A stretch of DNA of 56,783 nt, counting the filler, from a bacterium (GTDB taxonomy: Bacteria; UBA9089; CG2-30-40-21; SBAY01), in the NCBI GenBank assembly GCA_040757115.1. It is 4 parts of 4 records of this genome, joined end to end, with 100 filler letters (N's around TTAATTAATTAA, not from the genome) between each part and the next. Parts side by side here need not be neighbours in the genome. Positions count along the whole stretch, not along the records: positions 14,359 to 28,552 come from JBFLYA010000095.1; positions 28,653 to 42,765 come from JBFLYA010000096.1; 2 more parts are not named here. One strand, given 5' to 3'. Each line of letters starts with the position of its first letter. Within the stretch, counting starts at the first letter, position 1. Of the stretch, positions 20,349 through 30,149 are shown one piece after another. The notes under the pieces are model-generated. The model saw only the letters and a program-made list of their open reading frames with translations, had not been told where the DNA came from and did no database searches. The position numbers and the translations under genes are program-made.

Positions 20349-21005
20349 TTATAATTCTAATTTAAATCGCATTATTTCAAAGCATTCTGCAAATTCGCAT
20401 TTGGTTTGTCCGTCATACATTTCAAATCCGCGTAGTTTTGCTCTGGCTTCAACTGCCCCTAACCAGAATTCGCCGCCATATTTTTTAAATTGGGATTCAT
20501 GAGCCTTAAGTGCCTCCATTTTAATCTTGTTAAACTTACTAATATCTACATACACCTGGGCTCTAAATCCCTGGTATGACCTACCTGAAGGCATCATCGG
20601 TTCATACATTAATATGGTATTAAAATATCTTGCCGCAGAGATTGAAGATAAAGCGGAGGTGCGATGAGCCTGATGTGTATCATGAGGCCAATGAGTGAAT
20701 ATTATATCCGGGTTAAATTCATTAAAGATTTTATTTAATGCCTCAACACTCTGAGAATCATACGGTATATCTTTTGTTGGGAAGTCTAATGTTATTAATT
20801 TACTTCCCAATATCTCTGCGGCTTTTTTACCCTCTACTTCTGCTTCTTCTTTTGTTCGTAAAGTCTTACCCGTATAATCAGTATAGTCAGATTGACTCAT
20901 CACTATCATCAATACTTCATGTCCATTATTTACTGCTTTAGCAATAGTCCCTCCGCAACTTATTTCAATATCATCAGAATGTGCACCAATAGCGACAATT
21001 TTCAA
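20349..21005 (-). CDS. PIG-L/LmbE family deacetylase
   Basis: GAHSDDIE, CGGT, DTHQAH and ALKAHESQ motifs. Confidence 0.9.
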   Translation of the reverse strand: MKIVAIGAHSDDIEISCGGTIAKAVNNGHEVLMIVMSQSDYTDYTGKTLRTKEEAEVEGKKAAEILGSKLITLDFPTKDIPYDSQSVEALNKIFNEFNPDIIFTHWPHDTHQAHRTSALSSISAARYFNTILMYEPMMPSGRSYQGFRAQVYVDISKFNKIKMEALKAHESQFKKYGGEFWLGAVEARAKLRGFEMYDGQTKCEFAECFEIMRFKLEL

Positions 21006-21024
21006 GATAGTTTATCCTTTCTTT

Positions 21025-21816
21025 TTATAAAAAATATGGTATCCCTTCCTTCTTTATTTTGGAGATATGACTCGTCCCTTTTTCCTCCCAGATGTATTTT
21101 TTTATCTCTTCGTTTTTATGTCCATTGCCGTTTCCATTTCCATTTTTTAAGAGTATTGAGAAGTAATATTCACGAAGAAGTAGTTTCCATATCATAATAA
21201 CAGTAAGTTTTACATCATACCAGAAAGAGTATTTTTCAATATATTCCCGATCTAATCTCATTCTTTCTCTTTGTCCTTCTTCCTCATTAAGGTCAATTCC
21301 TCCATTCCCATTTCCGTTATCATCAGAAGTTCCATAGATAACCTCTGTTAAGCAAAATAATCCTGGTTTTACCGTTATTCTATCCTTTAAAATATCCATA
21401 TATCTGGGATAAAATATAGGTCGCTCTGACCTTGGACCAACAACACTCATTTCTCCACGCAAGACATTAAATAATTGAGGTAATTCATCTAAGGCTGTTT
21501 TCCGCAGTATTCTTCCTAAAAAGGTAATTCTTTTATCATTTTTCTCGGTTAGTATGGGTTCAATAATTACCTCTCCATTCGAATTTTTTTTAACCTCTGC
21601 TCCATTTTTCATCGTCCGGAATTTAGGTAAGGCAAAAAAATCTCCTCCTTTACCTACCCTTACCTGCTTAAATATAACCGGCTCATTCCATGCAGACAGT
21701 TTAATAGCCAGGGCAATTATAGCCATTAACGGAGCAAAAAAGATTAATGCTATGGTTGTCAGGATAATATCACAAATTCTTTTTCCTTTTTTTCGGTAGA
21801 AGGTATTGGCGTTCAC
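21025..21816 (-). CDS. Initiating sugar (phosphoglycosyl) transferase
   Basis: KRICDI, KFRTM, LDELPQLFNVLRGEMSVVGPR and VKPG motifs. Confidence 0.92.
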   Translation of the reverse strand: MNANTFYRKKGKRICDIILTTIALIFFAPLMAIIALAIKLSAWNEPVIFKQVRVGKGGDFFALPKFRTMKNGAEVKKNSNGEVIIEPILTEKNDKRITFLGRILRKTALDELPQLFNVLRGEMSVVGPRSERPIFYPRYMDILKDRITVKPGLFCLTEVIYGTSDDNGNGNGGIDLNEEEGQRERMRLDREYIEKYSFWYDVKLTVIMIWKLLLREYYFSILLKNGNGNGNGHKNEEIKKYIWEEKGTSHISKIKKEGIPYFL

Positions 21817-22514
21817 TTCTTTATTTCTTCCCCTCTTATTATTGATAGGCTCTTCTCTCCTTCATTGAAGATAAGGTCTATGACCGACATCTCTGGTATA
21901 AAAGGTTTAAATACCTGATTATACGCTGGATGAGTAAATTCTTGAAACACAACTTCAATATTTTCTTTCTTAAAAATTTCTGTGTCTAAGTAATCCTTCC
22001 CAAATTTGCCAGAAAGGTATGTTGTTGCCCCCACTTTTTTACAAATATCCAGTAACAAATCACTTCTTGTTCCCTTTACATCTAAAGAAGAACCAATTCT
22101 AATTTCTGTTTTAATCCCTAATATCTCTTTAATCGCATAAATAATATTTATATTAAAATCGGCTAATTTACTCCATTTTTTTAGATAAAATTTTTCAAAT
22201 ATGTTTTTATATTCTTTAAAACAAGGTGCTTTCGTATAATTTTGTTCAATTGTCTTCCAATGTTTTTTTTGCCAGGTAACATCAGTTAGATTGTTAATCT
22301 CAACTTCATTAATTAATTGTGTTGCTTTATCCTTTGTAATAATTGGGACTGTTAACCATGTCCACTCATTAGCGGTTCGTATTCTATTACGATTCTGGAA
22401 GTAATTTTTTCTAAATTGGGTGTTATCTAAGAGAACAAATAAATCACTTTTCTCTACTTTATCCCAAAATCCAAGCCATGGTAAATGTTCTGGTTGATGA
22501 ATTCCTACTATCAT
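21813..22514 (-). CDS. WbqC family protein
   Basis: IHQPEHLPWLG, QNRNRI, YLSG and SVIDLIFN motifs. Confidence 0.92.
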   Translation of the reverse strand: MIVGIHQPEHLPWLGFWDKVEKSDLFVLLDNTQFRKNYFQNRNRIRTANEWTWLTVPIITKDKATQLINEVEINNLTDVTWQKKHWKTIEQNYTKAPCFKEYKNIFEKFYLKKWSKLADFNINIIYAIKEILGIKTEIRIGSSLDVKGTRSDLLLDICKKVGATTYLSGKFGKDYLDTEIFKKENIEVVFQEFTHPAYNQVFKPFIPEMSVIDLIFNEGEKSLSIIRGEEIKK

Positions 22515-22680
22515 TATTATTTGTAAATGGACACAAAAAAACCACCATTCTCCTTTTCAAAGACATCAACGCTCTAAGTAGATATTTACTATCTTCTCCT
22601 TTAGCTCAACTTCTTCATTGGTGGTTTAGATTTTCATATATATTAAAGAGGATTTTTCATCCTCATATTTCTCTTATTAT

Positions 22681-22709
22681 AAGATACCACATTTTTTTAA
22701 TTTTGTCAA
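22681..22709 (-). promoter_or_regulatory. Putative sigma70 promoter for the wbqC operon
   Basis: TTGACA-17 bp-TATCTT with extended -10 TG. Confidence 0.55.
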
Positions 22710-22753
22710 GAGTTATTTTAAAAAAATTAATTTTTTTTAAAAAAAATACCATT

Positions 22754-24235
22754 TTACCCGGCATCATACCAACCGATATTTGCATAGGGTGATTCTTTAA
22801 CTTCATAAATAGGCATTAGTTTTTCAAGACCTTTAATTTCCTTAAGCCCCATACTTTCAATTTCAACTAACATTTTTTCCTCAATTAAAAGGACGATGTC
22901 TTTTGTAATTAATACCTGTCCTTTATCAGAGTAAGGGAGCATTCTGCAAGCAATAAGAAAAGGTTTAACTAATTGGTTTTCTTTTTCTATCTTTAATTTA
23001 CCATAACTTATGCCAATGCGGACACAAATTTCCTCATCAGGTGATTTATTTTGATTGTATTTAACAAATTCCGCCTGGATTTTGCGACCACATTCAACTG
23101 CTTTAATCGGGTCTGTAAATATAGTCAAATATGCCTCACAAACCTTTTTTATCAGGAGTCCTCCATCTTTAATAAGAGAGGAGAGAATATTTTCGTAGTC
23201 TTGTAATTTTCTCTTTCTTATCTCATTTTCTTCTTCAAGAAAAGGGGTGTAGTTTTGAATATCAGTTGTCATAACCGCTATTTCTTTGGGATATTGTTGA
23301 AGGATTTGTTGTTGATTTTTAATCAGTTCTTTTATCAAATATTCAATACTACTTTCAGGTTCTTTTATCATTTCCACCCGGCATTTAAACACATATACAT
23401 TTTTATCACTTGAGCCCGCCGCCAAATATCCTTCGGGAGTAAGAAATAGGCTAATAATTCCGAAGTTAGTTTCATATAAATAAGATAATTTACCACTTCT
23501 ATTTAAGAGATGGAAATTTTGCCAGGGAGAGGCAACGATAATACACTGGCCATCAGATGTAATAGACAAACCACTTATTTCATGGGGAAAATGATATTCC
23601 CATTTCAGGCGACATTTACGGTCATAGCAATACACATATTGATTATTACAGGCAACAACAATTTCATCTCCATCTTCAGAAATAGCGACTTTAACACCGC
23701 AGGCTTTTAATCTTGTCCGCCAGATAAGTGTTCCTTCTTTAGTTAAAAAATAAAGGTTGCGGTCATCCGCAGTCGCAATTATGGCATTATCCTGGGAGGC
23801 GATGGCGATTGAATTAACATAATCCATCGTTGTCCATCTCCACAGGAGTTTTCCGTAGCGAGTAAAAAGATATATATTACAATCATTCCCACCACAGGCA
23901 ATATATTTCAAATCAGCAGAGATAACAATAGTATTTGTACTTACATATTCTTCCCAGATTAAATGACTATTTTTATCTAATAGATATAAGGTGCTATCTT
24001 CTGCTCCTGCAAGTATATATCTTCCATCTGGAGAAATTGTAAGACATCGTATTGAGGCTTTTGTTTTATATCTCCATCTTAGTTGTCCCTGGCTAAGGAA
24101 ATATAGATTGGTATCTTGAGAAGAGCCCGCTAAGACAAATTCACCGTCATTACTTATAGCGACACTATCTACTTTATAACCTATTTCCTTTTTCCATAAC
24201 TTATGAACAATCTCCTCCACTTTATCTCCTCCCAA
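22754..24235 (-). CDS. WD40/PQQ-like beta-propeller fused to a degenerate class III nucleotide cyclase domain
   Basis: Repeats such as VAISNDG and LTISPDG; C-terminal TTDIQNYT, VRIGISYG and EIKGL. Confidence 0.75.
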   Translation of the reverse strand: MGGDKVEEIVHKLWKKEIGYKVDSVAISNDGEFVLAGSSQDTNLYFLSQGQLRWRYKTKASIRCLTISPDGRYILAGAEDSTLYLLDKNSHLIWEEYVSTNTIVISADLKYIACGGNDCNIYLFTRYGKLLWRWTTMDYVNSIAIASQDNAIIATADDRNLYFLTKEGTLIWRTRLKACGVKVAISEDGDEIVVACNNQYVYCYDRKCRLKWEYHFPHEISGLSITSDGQCIIVASPWQNFHLLNRSGKLSYLYETNFGIISLFLTPEGYLAAGSSDKNVYVFKCRVEMIKEPESSIEYLIKELIKNQQQILQQYPKEIAVMTTDIQNYTPFLEEENEIRKRKLQDYENILSSLIKDGGLLIKKVCEAYLTIFTDPIKAVECGRKIQAEFVKYNQNKSPDEEICVRIGISYGKLKIEKENQLVKPFLIACRMLPYSDKGQVLITKDIVLLIEEKMLVEIESMGLKEIKGLEKLMPIYEVKESPYANIGWYDAG

Positions 24236-25058
24236 CCATTCCTTTCATACATTTTACCACATTTTCATCCACAGTAACCATCCCAATTGAAATAGATTCT
24301 TTAAAGAGTCCATGGCAATCAGACCCACCCGTCATAACTAAATTATATTTTTGTGCCATTTTCTGGCAAAATTGTTGTCCTTTAATATTTTGTTGTGGAT
24401 GAAATACTTCTATTCCTTTCAATCCACATTTTACCAATTCTAAGATTAGATTTTCATTACATTTAGAGAAATAAGGATGGGCTAAGACAGGTATCCCTCC
24501 TGTCTTTAAAATCATTTCAATAGCTTGTTTTGGGGTAAGGCTAAATTTCGGGACATAAGCTTTTGCCCCATAGTTTAGATATTTTTCAAAGGCATCTTTA
24601 ATAGAATCTACCATTTTCCTTTGATGTAATACGGTGGCGATATGCAGTCGACTTATTGCCTCATTTCCCACATTTTTCTTTACTACCTGAATTACCTGTT
24701 CATAATCAATATTCACATTTAATTCTTTAAGTTTTGAAATAATCAAATGAGCCCGTTTTTCTCTTGTCTGGCGAAAGATTTTTAGTTCATCATTAAACCA
24801 TTTATTTTTCCAGTCAATAAAATACCCCAGGATGTGAAGTTCTCCATTTTCTCTTTCCGCACTTAATTCTACCCCCGGGATAACTTCAATATCATAAGGT
24901 TTGGCATATTTTAATGCCTCATCTATTCCCTCCACACTATCATGGTCAGTAATGCCAATTATCTTCAGACCTATCCCCTTTGCATATTCCACAATCTCTT
25001 CTGGTGACAGACTGCTATCAGAAAAATGGGTATGAATATGGAGATCAGCTTGAGCCAT
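24222..25058 (-). CDS. PHP-domain phosphoesterase (TrpH/YciV-like)
   Basis: DLHIHTHFSD, ITDHD, GVE, LAHP and GGSDCHG motifs. Confidence 0.92.
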   Translation of the reverse strand: MAQADLHIHTHFSDSSLSPEEIVEYAKGIGLKIIGITDHDSVEGIDEALKYAKPYDIEVIPGVELSAERENGELHILGYFIDWKNKWFNDELKIFRQTREKRAHLIISKLKELNVNIDYEQVIQVVKKNVGNEAISRLHIATVLHQRKMVDSIKDAFEKYLNYGAKAYVPKFSLTPKQAIEMILKTGGIPVLAHPYFSKCNENLILELVKCGLKGIEVFHPQQNIKGQQFCQKMAQKYNLVMTGGSDCHGLFKESISIGMVTVDENVVKCMKGMVGRR

Positions 25059-25360
25059 TACGCCTTAATCTTTTCTTCTAATTCTTCTTTTTTATGAAGC
25101 GCCGCTTCTTTAATAGTATTAGCAGTTGCTTTGAGGTGTTCTTTTGCCTCTTCCAAAGCCTTTTTAGATTGTTCCATTATCTCTTCTGCATGACCTTTTA
25201 CTTCTCCTATTTTTTCTTTGGCAATATCCCCTGCCTTTTTTAATCTCTCTCGTGCCTCTTCCCCAGTAATAGGGGCAATAAGTAACCCAACACCCAATCC
25301 AACTAAACCACCCAGTAAAAACGCAACTATACTTGAACCACCATTATGCTCTCGTTCCAT
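25058..25360 (-). CDS. YtxH-domain protein
   Basis: FLLGGLVGLGVGLLIAPxTGEExR followed by a charged helix. Confidence 0.9.
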   Translation of the reverse strand: MEREHNGGSSIVAFLLGGLVGLGVGLLIAPITGEEARERLKKAGDIAKEKIGEVKGHAEEIMEQSKKALEEAKEHLKATANTIKEAALHKKEELEEKIKA

Positions 25361-25389
25361 TTTTTGTTACCTCCTTTTGTCTGGTAATT

Positions 25390-25626
25390 TAGAGTTCTGC
25401 AAAACCAGGAAACTGTAGTTTTTAAGCGGGTATTTAACCTCTATTCTTATCAATTTCCTCCAAAGAGCAAAATGCAAAACTCGTTTATAGTTTATGGTTT
25501 ATAGTTTATAGTCCTTCAACTATCAACTATAAACTATCAACTATAAACTATCAACCCTGTTGCTATATATATCTGTTCTATGAGAAATTTTCGTTAATAA
25601 CTACTATATGTATTTAGAGAACGCTA
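25390..25626. repeat. Mosaic intergenic repeat (AACTATA/AACTATC heptamers)
   Basis: 25453-25545 is the reverse complement of ~43300-43407; 25545-25608 matches ~27665-27722; weak TAGxGTTCT terminal inverted repeats. Confidence 0.7.
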
Positions 25627-25638
25627 TACTATATCTTT

Positions 25639-25998
25639 TTAACTTTTTTTCTTTCCCAGAAGAAATCGTAAGCCATTACCTATTCCGGTAGCAACACTTA
25701 ACATTTTAATTAATGGTGTTGTAATCCCCTTGCTAATAATATCTGTAACTCCTTTTACTTTGTTCACAACATCATCAATTTTTTCTATATCTTCTTTAAG
25801 GCGATTTACTAAAGATTCTACGGTTTTATTTATTTCAACAAGACTCTTTTTTGCCTCTTCTGAGAGGCTATAAATTGACTTATAGGCTACTTCTATTTCT
25901 TTGGCAGTCCTTTTCATCTGGATGATGGTTGGGATAAGGACAGATATAAGCCACACCACTGCAATAGTTATGCACACAACACATACTTGAATAATCAT
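25639..25998 (-). CDS. DUF948/YoxC-like protein
   Basis: N-terminal TM helix plus coiled coil, in the usual pairing with ytxH; TTGACT-17-TAAAAT at 26046-26018. Confidence 0.75.
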   Translation of the reverse strand: MIIQVCVVCITIAVVWLISVLIPTIIQMKRTAKEIEVAYKSIYSLSEEAKKSLVEINKTVESLVNRLKEDIEKIDDVVNKVKGVTDIISKGITTPLIKMLSVATGIGNGLRFLLGKKKS

Positions 25999-26145
25999 TT
26001 TTTACCTCCTGCCTCAAATTTTAACATTAAACTTAAAAAAAGTCAAGAGATTAATTTTACTAATTGCTCCGGTGTCAGTTTTCAACCAGAAGTTAGTGAA
26101 GAGTAACTTCTGACTACTGATACCTGATGTGTGAACACTTACCCA

Positions 26146-26673
26146 TTACTCCACTACTCCCATTCTTTCTCCTTCCTCGAGTGCCTTTTTATTAAGAGCT
26201 GTATCTTTTTTAAAATACTCAAGTGCACAGAGCAGGCTTTTTAAAGATACGATTTTTGTTTTAGTTACATAGGCGCCTAAAATAACCATATTTGCCACGC
26301 GGACATCGCCAAGATTATTTGCAATTTGGGTCGCTGGAAGGTCTATAATCTTTATGTCTTCGCGAGTTGGTTTATCATTAATTAATGAAGAATTAATCAG
26401 CACTAACCCGTTGGTTCTAATCAGGGATTCATATTTAATTAAAGAACCTGCATCCATTGCAATTAGTGTTGTTAGTTCGGTAGCAATAGGCGAGGTAATT
26501 TCTTGTGATGAGATAATCAAAGAATACGCTGAGTGCCCGCCACGAACTTCGGCACTATAACTTGGCAAGCCCGTTACTTTTTTGCCTTCGGACATAGCCG
26601 CCTGAGCCAATAAATTACCGGCAAGAACAATTCCCTGTCCACCAAATCCTGAAATGATTAACTCCTCGTACAT
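26146..26673 (-). CDS. 2-oxoacid:ferredoxin oxidoreductase gamma subunit
   Basis: GFGGQG, PSYSAEVRGG and ANMVILGA motifs. Confidence 0.92.
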   Translation of the reverse strand: MYEELIISGFGGQGIVLAGNLLAQAAMSEGKKVTGLPSYSAEVRGGHSAYSLIISSQEITSPIATELTTLIAMDAGSLIKYESLIRTNGLVLINSSLINDKPTREDIKIIDLPATQIANNLGDVRVANMVILGAYVTKTKIVSLKSLLCALEYFKKDTALNKKALEEGERMGVVE

Positions 26674-26747
26674 TTTCCCCTCTTTTCTGTCAATGCTCTC
26701 GGATAAAATTAAATGTTTCTAAATACATATAACAATCAGACCTTTGG

Positions 26748-27515
26748 CTAAAGCCGGGTAGAAGTCTCTCTGTCTATTCTGTTTATAAATTCTCCTAACT
26801 TAAACACCGGTATCATTTTCTCTTCTATCCATTTTAAAGCTTCTTTTGGAGATAATCTCCAGATAGAAGGGCAGGGAGAGAGAATTTCTACCAAACCAAG
26901 TCCTAAATCATCTAATTGCACTTGAAAAGCCTTTTTTATTGCGGTTTTAGCCTTTAAGATATGTGCTGGGGTATTTAGAGCCACCCGCGATAAATAAGCA
27001 ATTCCATCTAAAGAAGACAGTAATTCGCACATCTTAATTGGGTAGCCTGCCTCTTTAGCCGACCGACCATAAGGAGATGTAGCCGTTTTTTGGTCTAAAA
27101 GTGTTGTGGGTGCCATCTGCCCACCAGTCATTCCATAAACCGCATTATTAATAAAGATAACCGTAATCCGTTCACCCCTGGCGGCAGAATGAATAGTTTC
27201 AGCCATACCAATTGCGGCTAAATCACCATCTCCTTGATAAGTGAAAACCGTTTTTTTAGGATTTACTCGTTTGATTCCTGTGGCAACAGCAGGAGGTCTG
27301 CCATGGGCAACTTCAGCCATATCCAGATTAAAGAATTCATGAGCAAATACGGCACAGCCAACCGGGGCAATTCCAATTACCTCCTCACGAATATTAAGTT
27401 CATCAATGACTTCTGCCACTAATCGATGGGCAATCCCATGTCCACAACCCGGACAGTAACGCATCGGAACATTTCTTAGACTCACGGGTCTTTTAAATAC
27501 GAGATTCACCTGCAA
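26748..27515 (-). CDS. 2-oxoacid:ferredoxin oxidoreductase beta (TPP-binding) subunit, VorA-like
   Basis: YCPGCGHG, GDGDLAAIG, NNAVYGMTGGQ and SPCP motifs. Confidence 0.92.
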   Translation of the reverse strand: MQVNLVFKRPVSLRNVPMRYCPGCGHGIAHRLVAEVIDELNIREEVIGIAPVGCAVFAHEFFNLDMAEVAHGRPPAVATGIKRVNPKKTVFTYQGDGDLAAIGMAETIHSAARGERITVIFINNAVYGMTGGQMAPTTLLDQKTATSPYGRSAKEAGYPIKMCELLSSLDGIAYLSRVALNTPAHILKAKTAIKKAFQVQLDDLGLGLVEILSPCPSIWRLSPKEALKWIEEKMIPVFKLGEFINRIDRETSTRL

Positions 27516-27524
27516 CCTCCATTA

Positions 27525-27859
27525 GTAACCGTTCAAGTGGTAATTTACCGCAGAGACGCAGAGGAACAGAGAAGACATATAGTAAGTATTAACCAAAAGT
27601 TCACATTAGTATTGTTGATAGTTGATGGTTGATAATCTATGAAACTATCAACTATAAACTATCAACCATCAACCCTGTTGCTATATCTGTTCTATGAGAA
27701 ATTTTCGTTAATAACTACTATATTAATCTTTTAATACTTACTTTTGACTAACTGTTTTTACGCCTTTTTAAACACCGAAAAACGCGAAAAACACGAAAAA
27801 AAGACATTTTCCTCTCTGTTTCTCTGCTCTCTGCGGTAAAGGATTACCTGAACGGTTAC
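27525..27859. mobile_element. GTAAC-ended inverted-repeat element with a nested TA-bounded ~145-bp element (27578-27722)
   Basis: GTAACCGTTCA...TTTACCGCAGAGA versus TCTCTGCGGTAAA...TGAACGGTTAC; nested ends TATAGTAAGTATTAAC / GTTAATAACTACTATA. Confidence 0.78.
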
Positions 27860-27865
27860 CTTTTT

Positions 27866-28393
27866 TCATAGTTCCTCGACTATTATCTGCTCATTGGTAT
27901 AGACGCAGATTTGAGCAGTGATTTTCATTGCCTCTTCCACAATCTCTTTTGTGGTTAAATTGGTATATTTAATCAATGCCCTGGCTGCGGCTAAGGCATA
28001 CGGTCCTCCAGAACCAATGGCAACAATGCCATCATCAGGTTCAATTACTTCGCCGTTACCAGAGATAATCAAAGAATGGTCTTTATCTACAACCGCTAAT
28101 AATGCCTCTAATCGGCGTAAGAATTTATCAGTGCGCCATTCTTTGGCTAATTCGACAGCCGCTCTTGGTAAATTTCCACGATATTCATCGAGTTTTCCTT
28201 CAAACTTCTCAAATAGGGTGAATGCATCAGCCGCCGCTCCTGCAAAACCAGCCAAAACCTTATCTTTATACATTCTCCTTATCTTTTTTGCGTTTTGCTT
28301 CATTATGGTATTATTAAAAGTTACCTGCCCATCCCCGGCAATGGCAACCTTACCATTATGTCTGACGGCTAATATTGTTGTTGAATGAAACAT
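27866..28393 (-). CDS. hslV: ATP-dependent protease peptidase subunit HslV
   Basis: [10 protein letters not shown] (catalytic Thr), AGDGQVT, DAFTLFE and IGSGG; start corrected to 28393 after GGAGG. Confidence 0.96.
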   Translation of the reverse strand: MFHSTTILAVRHNGKVAIAGDGQVTFNNTIMKQNAKKIRRMYKDKVLAGFAGAAADAFTLFEKFEGKLDEYRGNLPRAAVELAKEWRTDKFLRRLEALLAVVDKDHSLIISGNGEVIEPDDGIVAIGSGGPYALAAARALIKYTNLTTKEIVEEAMKITAQICVYTNEQIIVEEL

Positions 28394-28404
28394 TATTTCC
28401 CTCC

Positions 28405-28552
28405 GTAACCGTTCAGCCACAGTGGCACAGAGTTCACAGAGAATTAGAGAAATTAGCCACACATGGACACGAATTAACCTGTGACATTCGATAAATGTAG
28501 TGCGAACCTTATTGCTTTTTCATAAATAGGTTCCTCTTTTGGGGAGAGCGAT
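28405..28552. mobile_element. GTAAC-ended element with nested TTA-MITE, cut by contig end
   Basis: Near-identical to 14506-14652. Confidence 0.8.
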
Positions 28553-28652
28553 NNNNNNNNNNNNNNNNNNNNNNNNNNNNNNNNNNNNNNNNNNNNTTAA
28601 TTAATTAANNNNNNNNNNNNNNNNNNNNNNNNNNNNNNNNNNNNNNNNNNNN
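28553..28652. other. Artificial contig linker
   Basis: 44 N + TTAATTAATTAA + 44 N. Confidence 0.97.
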
Positions 28653-30149
28653 TAATAACTTTTTATTCACCAATCGTTGGAGGTATTTACCAATATTACC
28701 AGAGCTGATTCTACTGCCTCTTTCTGAAAGAAGTTGAGTTATTTCCTGTTTCGTCAAGGGTGTTTCTTGAAAGGAAAAGACTTTAAGCACCTCTGCCTCT
28801 CCTTTACTTGCTTCATTAAACCAGTGGTCAAATATCGCTGTTCCTAAATCCACTAAGGTATTCTGTAAGGCCTTCTCCCAAACTGCTAAATCAACTTTAC
28901 CTGCTATCTGAGTCTCATATAGATTTCTGCATAATACCTGCATTTCAAAAGGATGACCATGAGTATAAAGATATACCCTCTCAATTACCTCTGGTGAAAA
29001 GGTAACACCTGTATTCTCAAGGGTCTTTTCTACTGTATAAACTAACTCTTCCTTTGATAGAGGAGGAAGGTTTATCTTGGAAAGAAAATATCTGCCCACA
29101 GGGTGATGTCTCTTTAAGCTAATAAATTCATTCCATTTCTCAGGAAGACAGGTAATTACAAATAATATCTTTGTCTTTTTAACAATGGTTTCATTGCTTA
29201 AAACTTGTTTAATGGTAGTTAAAATCCCTGAGATAGGCTCAAAGTAATGGGCATCATCCAACATTACTACCATTAATTTCCCTTTATTTTTCTTTATATC
29301 TTCCCACAGACTCAAAAGTGTATCATAGAGAAGTCCTTGAGGCTGTAATTTCGATTTAGATAACTCTCGACTATATTGAAATCCAGTACCCACAATAGTA
29401 ACTCCTAAACCTGTAAGCTGCTTAGTGAATGTCTCTAATTTAGAACTTGTAAAGGGTAAATCCCTAAATATTCCCTGGATGATGCATTCAACACCATCTA
29501 AAACAGTACTATCCTTCCCAAACTCATCCAATGGAACTATAGAGGCAATGTATCCTTTCTTTTGAGCTAACATCTTAAACTCTCGCAATAGCATAGTTTT
29601 ACCAATACCCCAATCACCTAAGACTAAGAAATGGTCACAGACAGCCTCCTCAGCCTCCTTAAGTTTATTCTCAAAGAATCTCAACTCCTTAAATCTTCCT
29701 CCAAATACCTTTGGTTCAACACCTGTTTTGGGACAGAAAGGATTTATCTTCTGCACCTTAGTCCTGCTTTCTAAGATGGCATTCTTAATTATCCTTCTAA
29801 GTTCATCATAATCTATAGGCTTATCAATAAAATCATAGACTCCTTCTTTAAATGCTTCTCTGGCTAACTTTGAGGTTCCATAGCCAGTAACCACAATTAT
29901 CTGGGTACTAGGACTACTCTCCAATATCTCCTCCATAACCTCTAATCCACCCATCTCTGAGGGTCTAAGTCCTGGCATCTTTAAGTCTATAATTACCACA
30001 TCATAAGTCCCTCTTTTTATCTTTTTGAATGCCTCGACAACTGTATCAGAGGTATCAGTAAGATAATCTTCCCCTTTTAATTCACGACAATAAATATCTA
30101 ACATATCCCGATTATCTTCAACAATTAGTATCAAAGCCTTATCTGCCAT
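28653..30149 (-). CDS. Response regulator: receiver + P-loop ATPase (AAA_16/STAND-like) + wHTH, 3' end truncated
   Basis: IVED, IDLKMP, VTG and KP receiver motifs; NPF..FGGR, GDWGIGKT, VMLDDAH and THGHPF; start MADK at 30149. Confidence 0.8.

Noticed and set aside
25490-25555. CRISPR array
   Set aside because: Short tandem heptamers without unique spacers; no cas genes or regularly spaced repeats anywhere in the window
28394-28462. N-terminal extension of HslV in the ORF track
   Set aside because: Reads out of the repeat element; HslV needs a near-terminal Thr, and the ATG at 28393 has an RBS
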